Positions 1-8,995 of a stretch of 55,594 bases of DNA are shown here, piece after piece. Positions within the stretch are counted from its first letter, which is position 1. The number at the start of each line of letters is the position of its first letter. Made by a program: the position numbers and the translations under genes. The DNA is taken from assembly GCA_045532035.1 (NCBI GenBank), contig JAZSFD010000015.1:1-55594 (forward strand), read 5' to 3'. The notes below the pieces were generated by a model. The model saw only the letters and a program-made list of their open reading frames with translations, had not been told where the DNA came from and ran no database searches. The stretch is from Eubacteriales bacterium (GTDB taxonomy: Bacteria; Bacillota; Clostridia; Oscillospirales; CAG-382).

Positions 1-150
1 AAACGGCGAAAACCAACTTGAATTTATACAAAAGCTATAGAACTAAAAAAATACAGCACAAAAAGACCAATGAAAAAAATTTAAAGTTACATTGGTCTGC
101 TTTGTTATGCCTTAACTTGTAAAAAAGTTTATGTAGTTTTATGTAAATCA

Positions 151-179
151 TTGACTTAAAACACATTTTGTGGTATGAT
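151..179 (+). promoter_or_regulatory. sigma-A-type promoter TTGACT-N17-TATGAT with TG extension, pointing toward the dif-like site
   Basis: ttgact 151-156, 17-bp spacer, tatgat 174-179 preceded by TGn. Confidence 0.55.
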
Positions 180-222
180 AAACAAGTAAAGTTGTATTTA
201 TATTGCTTACAACAAAATGACA

Positions 223-250
223 ATACCACATAATTGGAATTATGTCATCT
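223..250. other. dif-like tyrosine recombinase core site (11-6-11)
   Basis: ataccACATAA-ttggaa-TTATGTcatct; inverted ACATAA/TTATGT around a 6-bp spacer, abutting the recombinase stop codon. Confidence 0.6.
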
Positions 251-1089
251 TAACATTTTAGTAGTCCCAGTTTTTCAATATGCCTCTTATGCACCTCACC
301 CGTTTCCATCGTATAAATTCTTGTGGTATTCACGCTTGAATGTCCGAGAATATCGGCAAGGCGTACAATGTCTTTCTGAAGCGAATAGTAAGTGCGAGCG
401 AAAAGATGACGAAGATTGTGTGGGAACACCTTATCTTTTGAAACTCCTGCGGATTCGCAGAGCTTTTTCATGTCTGACCAAATATTACTTCTATCAAGCG
501 GTTTGCCTGTTCGGGACACGAACACGGAGCCGCTTGTTATTTTTTGCTCTCTCATATATCGTGTAAGAAGCTTACAAAGAGCTTTCGGCAAGAATACCTG
601 ACGCAGTTTGCCCTTGCAGTTGATACTTGCAACTCCTGTATTAACGGCGGCTACCGTTATAAAGCGTAATTCTGACACACGGATACCGGTTGAGCATATA
701 GTCTGCATCAACAGATAAAGTCTCTCATTCTTCTTTGACTTTGCCGCATCAAGAAGTCGTTCATATTCCGCTTTGGTCAGTTCTTTGTCTTTCGAAGCAA
801 ATATCTGTTTTTGAATCTTTAAGGATTTAACCTTACAGTCATACCACTCGTTGTAGGTGAAAAAGCTATTGAGGGACGAGAGAACAGAGTTCACACTTGC
901 TGGCTTATAGTTCTCAATAAGATACGCCTTGTATTCGAGGACAGTCTGTTTATCTACACCTCTACCGCAGAGCCAGGCGAGAAAACCACTTATATCACGA
1001 ATATACTTTTCAAGTGTAGCATCGCTCTTTTCTTCGTTTATCAGATAATTCTTAAAGTTTTTAATAAGTTTTTCGGTGATTTTTTTCAT
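250..1089 (-). CDS. small XerC/D-like tyrosine recombinase (279 aa)
   Basis: N-terminal SAM-like domain; catalytic motifs TGIRVSE, KGK, PHNLRH, LGHSS, RIY; RBS ggag upstream. Confidence 0.93.
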   Translation of the reverse strand: MKKITEKLIKNFKNYLINEEKSDATLEKYIRDISGFLAWLCGRGVDKQTVLEYKAYLIENYKPASVNSVLSSLNSFFTYNEWYDCKVKSLKIQKQIFASKDKELTKAEYERLLDAAKSKKNERLYLLMQTICSTGIRVSELRFITVAAVNTGVASINCKGKLRQVFLPKALCKLLTRYMREQKITSGSVFVSRTGKPLDRSNIWSDMKKLCESAGVSKDKVFPHNLRHLFARTYYSLQKDIVRLADILGHSSVNTTRIYTMETGEVHKRHIEKLGLLKC

Positions 1090-1653
1090 TGTTTGACAAC
1101 TCCTTTGTTTTGATTTTACAGAATAATCTGTGTATATATTTTACCATATCGCAAAGATCTCATTCTAAAATGAAGTTATGAGTTGTCAATGATTTGCGTT
1201 ATTATGTCGATTATGTATTATGAATTTAAGTCATACCTAACCTCCGCCTCATAGTAGTTGTCAATAGTTTACGGAGCGTTGAAAAAGCTTGCAGGAAATA
1301 TTTTTGTTTTTTCTATCCTGAATACAGACAAATAATTATCGCCTCCTTACTAACTCCAATGTTTTGTGTATTCGACTGTAACACCTCGACACCTCAAATT
1401 GCACAAGCACATCTTTGCTCTCTTTTTCCTCCAAGACATCGCCGACACTTGTACTCACGTGGAGCATTTTTGCACTGTTTTACCTCTGCGTAGGTGCAAC
1501 CACAATTCCTGCAAGGAGATATGCCCCGAACCTCAAAATCGCACATATTTTGAGCCGATTTCTCCTCCCTCCGCAGTACCCTCCGACTAACTTGATTTTT
1601 TGAAAAATCCCAAGTCCCAAAACCCTTGATATACAAGGCATTTGGGGGTGCTG

Positions 1654-1724
1654 ACACCAGGAGAAATCGACTTTTTTATACAGCTTCAAAAACACACTTC
1701 AAAAAAGTGCTTTTCTCCTGGTGT
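1654..1724. repeat. 13-bp perfect inverted repeat ACACCAGGAGAAA/TTTCTCCTGGTGT
   Basis: arms at 1654-1666 and 1712-1724, just downstream of the toxin-like gene. Confidence 0.7.
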
Positions 1725-1736
1725 AAAGCTCAAAAA

Positions 1737-2096
1737 TCAAGAGCAAATTTGAATATCAATGATAGTTTTGCTATCACAATTTAAGTTCTTATGTGCCTTC
1801 TCAAATGCTCGTAAATTATCCTTTTTGTCGTGCTTGTAAAATCCGTAGAGAAGTACAATATCTCCGTCAGAAAGCGTAAATAAAATCCTTGCCATATTGC
1901 CTGATGCCTTTGCTCTAAGCTCATACAGGTGGTTGTATTTACCGATTGAAATGTGCTTTACATACGGCTCGGTCAACGGATTTTTGTCATCCGTGAGATA
2001 CATAAGCACAAAGCCGATTTTCTTTCTTGTCTTATCGTCGGCTTCATTCAAAAACTCCTTTACTGCATTACTCGCAAATATCTTTCTCATTCTCAT
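1737..2096 (-). CDS. RelE/ParE-superfamily toxin-like protein (phage Gp49/HigB-like)
   Basis: motifs VKEFL, PYVKHI, LYELR, ARILF, IVLLYGFYK; likely start at ATG 2096 or 2090, overlapping the integrase 3' end. Confidence 0.75.
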   Translation of the reverse strand: MRMRKIFASNAVKEFLNEADDKTRKKIGFVLMYLTDDKNPLTEPYVKHISIGKYNHLYELRAKASGNMARILFTLSDGDIVLLYGFYKHDKKDNLRAFEKAHKNLNCDSKTIIDIQICS

Positions 2097-3282
2097 CCTC
2101 CTTGTCATTAAATGCCGCAAAACTTACGGCACTCTCTAAAGCCTGTCTTGCCATACCGCCCATTTTCTCCGTTATGTGAGTATAATAGCGGAGCGTAAAT
2201 TCAAGCTTTGAATGTCCTAGCGTTTCCTGCACATATCTCGGACTTATTCCGCTTTCTGCAAGAACTGTGGCGTAGGTGTGCCGCAAATTGTGAAATTTGA
2301 ACGGTATATCAAGGTCTGCTTTAAGTGTTCGTGACATAAACTTGATACTGTTTGTCGTGAGCATTTCGCCATTGACTTTGACATTTACAAAGTCTGTAAT
2401 TTCCATCAGTTTTTCCTTGTTTCGCACAAGGCGTTCCGTAACAAAATTTCGCTTGTATCCATCACCGTAAAATGCCTTGTTTTCTTCCTGCTTTGCTTTG
2501 AGATTTTTAAGGTAGGCACAAAAGCTGTCGGTGATGTTTACACTTCTGTATGCGTTGGTTGTTTTAAGAGGGCAGAAGCACCACTTTTTGTCCTGGAACA
2601 AAAGCTGCTTATGTACCTTAATTTTGCGGTTTTCAAAGTCAATATCACCCCACTGAAGTCCAAAGACCTCACTTTCGCGAAGTCCCGTGTTAAGTGCAAT
2701 ATAAAAAGGCACGATAACATTGGTTCCCTGCAAACGCTGTTCCATTGCACGAAGCTCGTCGGGAGTATATGCTCTTATCTCGCCCTTGTGTCTTGGATCG
2801 GGTGGTGGAGTTATTTCGCAGAAAATGTCCTTTTTGAGATACTGCCGTTTGTGTGCGTAACCGAAAAGCACTTTCAAAAACTTATATAGACCCTTTACAA
2901 ATTCCTCGCTGAGATAGGTTCTTTTCTCATTGAGAAAGTCGTTTATCATATTTGCATTGATTTGGTACATATAAAAGCTGCCGAACCGATCCGCATAATG
3001 ATTCTTGTAAAGCGACTTATAACGCACGATGGTTGCATAGGCTCTTGTTGCCGGAGCTTCGTTTTCGATAAATTCCGTGTAGACCTCGGTGAAGGTGATT
3101 TTCTTGTTCTCCACATAATCGCCCGTGTTGTTGTAGAGGTAGAGAACATCATTGAGAGCTTTTGCGGCTTCCTTTTTAGTTTTGTAGCCACTTCGCTCAA
3201 TCTGATTTCTTTTGCCGCCTGCCGCACCAAATTCAGCTCTGTACGACCAGGTAGCTCCCTTTTTTCTGATACTTCCTTGCAT
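2068..3282 (-). CDS. site-specific tyrosine integrase with N-terminal arm-binding domain (404 aa)
   Basis: MQGSIRKKG..GYKTKKEA arm-binding N-terminus; TGLRESE, FHNLRH, LGHS, RYY catalytic motifs. Confidence 0.95.
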   Translation of the reverse strand: MQGSIRKKGATWSYRAEFGAAGGKRNQIERSGYKTKKEAAKALNDVLYLYNNTGDYVENKKITFTEVYTEFIENEAPATRAYATIVRYKSLYKNHYADRFGSFYMYQINANMINDFLNEKRTYLSEEFVKGLYKFLKVLFGYAHKRQYLKKDIFCEITPPPDPRHKGEIRAYTPDELRAMEQRLQGTNVIVPFYIALNTGLRESEVFGLQWGDIDFENRKIKVHKQLLFQDKKWCFCPLKTTNAYRSVNITDSFCAYLKNLKAKQEENKAFYGDGYKRNFVTERLVRNKEKLMEITDFVNVKVNGEMLTTNSIKFMSRTLKADLDIPFKFHNLRHTYATVLAESGISPRYVQETLGHSKLEFTLRYYTHITEKMGGMARQALESAVSFAAFNDKEDENEKDICE

Positions 3283-3401
3283 AAAAATATCCTCCTGAAT
3301 AATAATTTAAAAATATAGGCAATTTCGGAGCTGAAATTCCCCTCATTTTTCACACCGATTTTATCAAATAAAAATCCCAAATCTTAATTTTTAGGCAAAA
3401 A

Positions 3402-3525
3402 AATTTCCCACGAAACGATTTTTTGACACCCCGAAAACCCTTGTGGCAAGGGCGTTTCGGGAGATTTCGTGGGAAATTATTTTTTTCGGGCGATTTTTCT
3501 CTCTTTTCCCACGGATTTCCCACGG
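3402..3525. repeat. putative integrase arm-type sites (TTTCCCACG x4) and a large inverted repeat
   Basis: TTTCCCACG at 3404, 3505 and 3516, reverse copy at 3468-3476; 14-bp IR 3402-3415/3465-3478 enclosing a second hairpin. Confidence 0.6.
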
Positions 3526-3546
3526 GACAGAAAAATACATATAAAT

Positions 3547-3588
3547 AAAAAAGAAACACGACTATCTAAAATCAGATAATCGTGTTTC
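3547..3588 (-). terminator. rho-independent terminator downstream of rbr
   Basis: gaaacacgactatct/agataatcgtgtttc stem followed by a U-run on the minus strand. Confidence 0.65.
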
Positions 3589-3682
3589 GTGATTATTCCG
3601 AATAAAGCTAAGCTTTATTGCAAAAAGCCTTATTTTAAGCCATTCTCAGAGGATATTTAACTTTATTTTTTCGTATCTAATA

Positions 3683-4270
3683 TTAGTTAAAATATCTCTT
3701 AAGGAGACCCTCGAAGCCTTTTCCATGACGAGCTTCGTCGCGAGCCATTTCATGTACGGTGTCGTGGATCGCGTCAAGTCCGTTCTTCTTTGCGCAAGCT
3801 GCGAGGTCAAACTTACCCTTGGTTGCGCCGTATTCGCAGTCAACTCTCCACTTGAGGTTATCCTTTGTTGTAGCCTTCATGTTGGGTTCAAGATCTTCGC
3901 CGAGAAGTTCAGCAAACTTTGCTGCGTGCTCTGCTTCTTCAAAAGCTGCCTTTTCCCAGTAGAGTCCCACTTCGGGATAGCCTTCACGGTGTGCAATGCG
4001 AGCCATGCAGAGGTACATTCCGACTTCTGCACATTCGCCATTGAAGTTTGCCATGAGCTGTTCGAATATGTACTTCTTGTCTTCCTCCGAGATATCGGGG
4101 TTGTTCTTTACGGTCTTTGCATATACGCCGTATTCATGTTCAGCAGCAAGAGCAGCGCCCTCTTCCATGATATTGAACTTTTCTGCGGGAACCTTACATA
4201 CGGGGCACTTTTCGGGAGCAGAATCACCCTCGTGTACATAACCGCAAACCGAGCATACAAACTTTTTCAT
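3683..4270 (-). CDS. rbr: reverse rubrerythrin (N-terminal rubredoxin, C-terminal ferritin-like di-iron domain)
   Basis: [14 protein letters not shown] plus EEAEH and DEARH motifs; start ATG 4270 with RBS ggag. Confidence 0.92.
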   Translation of the reverse strand: MKKFVCSVCGYVHEGDSAPEKCPVCKVPAEKFNIMEEGAALAAEHEYGVYAKTVKNNPDISEEDKKYIFEQLMANFNGECAEVGMYLCMARIAHREGYPEVGLYWEKAAFEEAEHAAKFAELLGEDLEPNMKATTKDNLKWRVDCEYGATKGKFDLAACAKKNGLDAIHDTVHEMARDEARHGKGFEGLLKRYFN

Positions 4271-4334
4271 AACTTTTTCCTCCTGTTGATAAGAAATATT
4301 TATTTTATTTTTAATTAACCGCGTCAAGCGGGAG

Positions 4335-4724
4335 TTAACTTTGAGAATTACATTCGGCGCAATTCCCTTTGAAAATCACCGAACATTCGCTTACACAAGC
4401 GCCGCTTTTTTGCTGGGCATCCCCTTTGAGCATCTGCGTGTAATCCGAAAAGATATCAATGATCTTACCGCAGGCGGTACAGATCAGATGGGAATGGGGC
4501 GATGTGTCGCCGTCGAAATGATCGCTTCCTGTTCCGACATCCAGCTTCAATATCGTGCCGTCAGACGAAAGCTTTGATAGATTACGATAGACCGTGCCGA
4601 GGCTGATATTCGGGATCTGCTCCCTTGCTTTCGCATAGATCCAGTCGGCATCGGGATGACATTTTGTGTTTCTCAAAATCTCAATGAGAAGGTCACGCTG
4701 TCGGCTGTGCTTTGTGTTTTGCAT
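4335..4724 (-). CDS. perR: Fur-family regulator, probably PerR
   Basis: [32 protein letters not shown]; directly upstream of rubrerythrin. Confidence 0.85.
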   Translation of the reverse strand: MQNTKHSRQRDLLIEILRNTKCHPDADWIYAKAREQIPNISLGTVYRNLSKLSSDGTILKLDVGTGSDHFDGDTSPHSHLICTACGKIIDIFSDYTQMLKGDAQQKSGACVSECSVIFKGNCAECNSQS

Positions 4725-4744
4725 TGTTCACCACCCCAATAACG

Positions 4745-4787
4745 ATAATCGTTACTATTATTATATTTATTTTTTTGCATTTGTCAA
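4745..4787 (-). promoter_or_regulatory. perR promoter (TTGACA-N16-TATAAT) with an overlapping Fur/Per-type box
   Basis: ATAAT-N7-ATTAT at 4745-4761; -10 at 4760-4765 and -35 at 4782-4787 on the minus strand. Confidence 0.65.
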
Positions 4788-4828
4788 TAGTTTTTTTGAA
4801 AAAAATTGAATTATTTTCTTTTTACAGC

Positions 4829-4866
4829 AAAAATCCTCTCGCAACCCAGTTGCGAGAGGATTTTTT
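4829..4866 (-). terminator. rho-independent terminator after lon-engB
   Basis: aaaaatcctctcgcaac/gttgcgagaggatttt perfect stem. Confidence 0.8.
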
Positions 4867-5491
4867 ATTCATTCTCAGTATCGTTTTCTGCGTTTTTCAG
4901 AAACTCACAAAATTCCTCGATTATCTCCCAGACATCCTTCACACCCTCCCCTGTTTTCGAAGAAAAAGGAATGATTGCAGCATCTGCCGGAATACCGTCA
5001 TGGGAAAGGATTCCCTGAATACTCTTTTCCCGATTGGTTTTATTGAGTTTATCCGCCTTTGTGGTGATAATGGCAAAGGGAAGCTCGGCATCTACAAGGT
5101 ATTTCAACATCACATCGTCATCCTTTGTGAGTCCGACCTTCAGATCAACAAGCAGAAGAAACAGAATGTTTGCATCAAGGGTAAAGTATTTATCAATGAA
5201 CTGCTTCCACTTATCACGCTCATCAAAGGAACGCTTTGCATATCCGTAGCCCGGAAGATCCACAAGATAGACCGTGTCATCAACATCATATGCGTTGACG
5301 GTGATGGTCTTGCCGGGCTCGGCGCTGACGCGCGCCAGAGATTTGCGATTGAGAAGCTTATTTATCAGCGAGGATTTTCCCGCATTCGATCTGCCGCACA
5401 TTGCAATCTGAGGCTTTGTCAGATCAAGCTTTCCGGGAAGCTGAGAGGCATTGCCCGCCGTAAAGAAAAGTTCTGCTTTATTCAGGTTCAT
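4865..5491 (-). CDS. engB: ribosome biogenesis GTP-binding protein YsxC/EngB
   Basis: GRSNAGKSS, PGKT, DLPGYG, TKADK motifs; follows lon. Confidence 0.95.
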   Translation of the reverse strand: MNLNKAELFFTAGNASQLPGKLDLTKPQIAMCGRSNAGKSSLINKLLNRKSLARVSAEPGKTITVNAYDVDDTVYLVDLPGYGYAKRSFDERDKWKQFIDKYFTLDANILFLLLVDLKVGLTKDDDVMLKYLVDAELPFAIITTKADKLNKTNREKSIQGILSHDGIPADAAIIPFSSKTGEGVKDVWEIIEEFCEFLKNAENDTENE

Positions 5492-7896
5492 CTTGCACCA
5501 CCTGTTACACTTGATATCTGTTCCGAAAGAGACTCGGATGGAATGTATATTCCCTGCTCCGGAAGCTCCGGATTGTCTTTCTTTTCAAGGGCAATATCAA
5601 GTACCTCGTCAATAGTTTTGACGGGAACAAAAAGAATATGCTCCTTAACCTCGGAATCCACCTCTTCAAGGTCGATTATATTATCATGCGGAATGATAAC
5701 CGTCTTGCAACCATGCTTATATGCTGCCATTGACTTTTCCCGGAGCCCTCCGATGGGAAGAACTCTGCCGTGGAGAGTGATCTCTCCTGTCATTGCCACA
5801 TCTCCTCTGACGGCAATTCCCGAAAGTTCCGAAACAATCGCCGTGGCACAGGTCACACCTGCCGATGGACCATCCTTCGGGACAGCTCCCTCGGGAAAAT
5901 GGATGTGAAGATCGTACTTTTTATAAAATTCCTTATCAATTCCGTACTTTTCGTAGTTCTTGCGGACATAAGTCACCGCCGCCTGCGCCGATTCCTTCAT
6001 GACATCGCCAAGCTTTCCTGTGAGCTCAAGCTTGCCTGTTCCATCGACCGACACGGCTTCTGCCTGCAAAAGCTCTCCGCCGACCTCGGTCCACGCAAGA
6101 CCGTTTACAACACCTACACGGGCGTCGTTTTTGCTTTCGGGGTCACGGTATTTCTGCTTTCCGAGATATTCGGAAAGATCTGCAGCAGTTACAGCAAAGC
6201 TCTTTTTTCCTGTTTCGACGATCTTGCGTGCAACCTTGCGGCAAAGAGCTGCCGCCTCACGCGAAAGGTTACGGACGCCCGATTCCTTTGTATAATGATC
6301 GATCATCTCGCAGATTGCATCGTCAGATATCTTAAGCGCGCGCTTTGTTAGACCATGGCGCTTGAGCTCCTTGGGAAGAAGATGATTCTTGAAGATAGCT
6401 ATCTTTTCACTTCTTGTATAGGACGAAATGGAAATAACCTCCATTCGGTCAATAAGAGGACGGGAAACTGTATCAAGAGTGTTTGCCGTTGCCACAAAAA
6501 CACATTCGGAAAGATCAAGAGGTATCTCAAGAAAATGATCTCGGAATGCCTTGTTCTGGTCATTGTCAAGCACCTCGAGAAGAGCCGATGACGGGTCGCC
6601 GTGGGCATCACTCGTGAGCTTGTCCACCTCATCAAGAAGAATGACAGGATTCATCGTTCCTGCTGTTTTGAGAGCGTTGGCAATACGTCCGGGCATTGAG
6701 GCAATATAAGTTTTTCTGTGACCGCGGATATCAGCCTCATCACGCACACCGCCAAGAGAAACTCTGACAAATTTTCTTCCCAAAGCCTTTGCAACCGATG
6801 AAACCACCGATGATTTACCGACACCGGGAGGGCCTACAAGGCAGAGAATCTGTCCCGCAAGTCCGGGAGCAAGCTGCTTTACGGCAATAAATTCAAGAAT
6901 TCTGTCCTTGACCTTATCAAGTCCGTCGTGGTCGGCGTCAAGTATATTCTTTGCCGCCTCAACATCTGCTCTGCCCTTGGAATATGTCGACCACGGGATC
7001 TCAAGACATATGTCAAGATAGTTGCGGATGACTGTGCTTTCTGCAGAGCTGTAAGGCATCTTCTCAAGCTTTGAGAGCTCTTTTCTGAGCTTTTCTTCAA
7101 CAGATTCGGGAAGCTTTGCCTTTGATATCTTCTCGTCATATTCGTCGATATCCGAAAACTCACCGTCTCCCAGTTCATTCTGGATAACCTTCATCTGTTC
7201 ACGAAGATAGTATTCACGCTGATTTCTGTCGATGCGCTGTTTTACCTTTGCCTGAAGGTCAAGCTCGCTTTCGAGAAAAGCTTTTTCACCTTCCATAATA
7301 ACAAGAAGCTTTTCAAGTCTCTTAAGAGGATTGATCTCTGCAAGTATCTCCTGTCGAACCGAAAGCTTATAGATCACATTTACAGCGATAAAATCAGCAA
7401 GGAAGCCGGGATCCTTAATTGCTTGAATAGCTGCAATTATTTCATTGGAGATCTTGGGAAGATATTTCAGAAATTCCTGGAACTGCTTTATGGCCTCACG
7501 GACAAGAAGCTCCCCTCGAAGACCTCCGTTATCAGTAAGCTTTATCGACCTTACAAAGACATCCGCAAAGTCACAATCAGCGCCCTCTTCAACAGAAACT
7601 AGTTCAGCACGATTTTTACCCTCGATAAAAACACGCACATGACCGTCGGGAAGATTCATTACCTGCTTCACTTTGGCAGTTATGCCGACAGTGCAAAGCT
7701 CATTGTCTGACGAGTCCTCGCTCTTGAAGGAAACAGCAAATATCATGCCGTCGCCATCGAATGCGGCTCTTGCAATATCAATATCAGATTTTTCCGAAAG
7801 CTCAAGACTTGTCGGAAGTCCGGGAAAAATTACGACATTTCTCAGCCTGAGCAACGGGAAAATACCTTTTTCGACTTTTTCTATGTATTTTGACAT
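5488..7896 (-). CDS. lon: ATP-dependent Lon protease
   Basis: LON N-domain, Walker A GPPGVGKS, Walker B LLDEVDK, catalytic KDGPSAG. Confidence 0.97.
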   Translation of the reverse strand: MSKYIEKVEKGIFPLLRLRNVVIFPGLPTSLELSEKSDIDIARAAFDGDGMIFAVSFKSEDSSDNELCTVGITAKVKQVMNLPDGHVRVFIEGKNRAELVSVEEGADCDFADVFVRSIKLTDNGGLRGELLVREAIKQFQEFLKYLPKISNEIIAAIQAIKDPGFLADFIAVNVIYKLSVRQEILAEINPLKRLEKLLVIMEGEKAFLESELDLQAKVKQRIDRNQREYYLREQMKVIQNELGDGEFSDIDEYDEKISKAKLPESVEEKLRKELSKLEKMPYSSAESTVIRNYLDICLEIPWSTYSKGRADVEAAKNILDADHDGLDKVKDRILEFIAVKQLAPGLAGQILCLVGPPGVGKSSVVSSVAKALGRKFVRVSLGGVRDEADIRGHRKTYIASMPGRIANALKTAGTMNPVILLDEVDKLTSDAHGDPSSALLEVLDNDQNKAFRDHFLEIPLDLSECVFVATANTLDTVSRPLIDRMEVISISSYTRSEKIAIFKNHLLPKELKRHGLTKRALKISDDAICEMIDHYTKESGVRNLSREAAALCRKVARKIVETGKKSFAVTAADLSEYLGKQKYRDPESKNDARVGVVNGLAWTEVGGELLQAEAVSVDGTGKLELTGKLGDVMKESAQAAVTYVRKNYEKYGIDKEFYKKYDLHIHFPEGAVPKDGPSAGVTCATAIVSELSGIAVRGDVAMTGEITLHGRVLPIGGLREKSMAAYKHGCKTVIIPHDNIIDLEEVDSEVKEHILFVPVKTIDEVLDIALEKKDNPELPEQGIYIPSESLSEQISSVTGGAR

Positions 7897-8065
7897 TTTT
7901 TCTCTCTTTCTTACTGAATCAGTATATTAAAAAGTGTGACTTATTATTTTCATAAATAATTGTTCTCGGGAAATGTATCCGAGGTATCATGGTATTTGTG
8001 CAGAAATCACAAAAGGTGATTAGAATTTACAGCATTTTGCACGAAAATCAAAAAACAAGTATTTT

Positions 8066-8108
8066 TTCGTCAAAAAGGCTTGCTTTTGTTGGTAAATTAT
8101 GGTAAAAT
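8066..8108 (+). promoter_or_regulatory. spo0A promoter (TTGCTT-N17-TAAAAT, TG-extended) with an upstream 0A box
   Basis: TTCGTCA at 8066-8072 is the reverse complement of TGNCGAA; -35 at 8080-8085, -10 at 8103-8108. Confidence 0.55.
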
Positions 8109-8154
8109 AACCACATGGAAACAAAATAACATAATGAAAGGCAAGGACATAGAT

Positions 8155-8985
8155 ATGGACAACAGAATAAGAGTGGTATTGGCAGACAACGACAAGGACT
8201 TCCGCGCGAAGATCAGAAACAGTCTTTCGGCAAGCCGTTTTGAGATCGTAGGTGAAGTAAGCGACGGAGTGTCGGCAGTTGAATGCATCTGCCGCGTAAA
8301 GCCGGATTTGGTAATAAGCGAGCTTTGGATGTCAAAGCTTGACGGCATCGCCATCATGAAGGAGGTCTCGAAGATCGCCAACATCAAAAAGCCGAAATTT
8401 GTCATAGTAACAGGTCTGAACAATATGGAAATGGTGCGCGACGCAACAGATGCAGGTGCGCTTTACTGTATGATGAAGCCTATTGATTTCGGATATCTGG
8501 AAACAAAGCTTGTGTCGATATTCAACGGCTTCAATCGTGACCGCGGAATTAAGGAAAAGGAAGAAAAACGCGAAGATCTTGAAACACAGGTAACAAAGAT
8601 AATACACCAGATCGGCGTTCCCGCACACATAAAAGGGTATCAGTATCTGCGCACAGCCATCATCATGACCGTCTCCGACAGCGAGATCATCAACTCTGTC
8701 ACAAAGATACTTTATCCGTCGGTTGCAAAAAGATACGCCACCACCTCATCAAGAGTTGAACGAGCCATCCGTCACGCCATCGAAGTTGCTTGGGACAGAG
8801 GCGATCTTGATGTTCTGAATTCCATCTTCGGATACACTGTGCAAAATTCCAGAGGCAAGCCTACAAACTCAGAATTCATCGCTCTCATTGCAGACAATCT
8901 CAGACTTCACAACAAACCCGAGCCTCAACAGGAAGAACCTGTTGAAATACCTAAAACTTACACAATGGCACTCGGTATTGTGTAA
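8155..8985 (+). CDS. spo0A: sporulation master regulator Spo0A (atypical receiver domain)
   Basis: diagnostic C-terminus [38 protein letters not shown]; start ATG 8155. Confidence 0.93.
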   Translation: MDNRIRVVLADNDKDFRAKIRNSLSASRFEIVGEVSDGVSAVECICRVKPDLVISELWMSKLDGIAIMKEVSKIANIKKPKFVIVTGLNNMEMVRDATDAGALYCMMKPIDFGYLETKLVSIFNGFNRDRGIKEKEEKREDLETQVTKIIHQIGVPAHIKGYQYLRTAIIMTVSDSEIINSVTKILYPSVAKRYATTSSRVERAIRHAIEVAWDRGDLDVLNSIFGYTVQNSRGKPTNSEFIALIADNLRLHNKPEPQQEEPVEIPKTYTMALGIV

Positions 8986-8995
8986 GCTTTATCAA

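Larger units (their letters stand above)
1..3680. mobile_element. right part of an integrative element/genomic island inserted at the 3' end of the rubrerythrin gene (left boundary outside the window or unclear)
   Basis: two tyrosine recombinases, a toxin-like gene, arm-type repeats and an inverted copy of the rbr 3' end; AT-rich intergenic DNA. Confidence 0.6.

Noticed and set aside
1-40. Possible 3' end of a plus-strand gene (..NGENQLEFIQKL*) followed by a hairpin at ~58-105
   Set aside because: Too short to support a call.
223-250. Chromosomal dif site
   Set aside because: The outer arms do not match the Firmicute XerD arm well, and it is attached to a mobile recombinase gene.
1366-1695. 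Short overlapping ORFs on both strands as a possible antitoxin
   Set aside because: No RBS or HTH/RHH signature; they run through inverted-repeat DNA.
4712-5908. Long antisense ORFs (e.g. 4712-5908, 16582-17373, 18967-19854, 53185-54003)
   Set aside because: Shadow frames of well-supported genes on the opposite strand, with no recognisable motifs.
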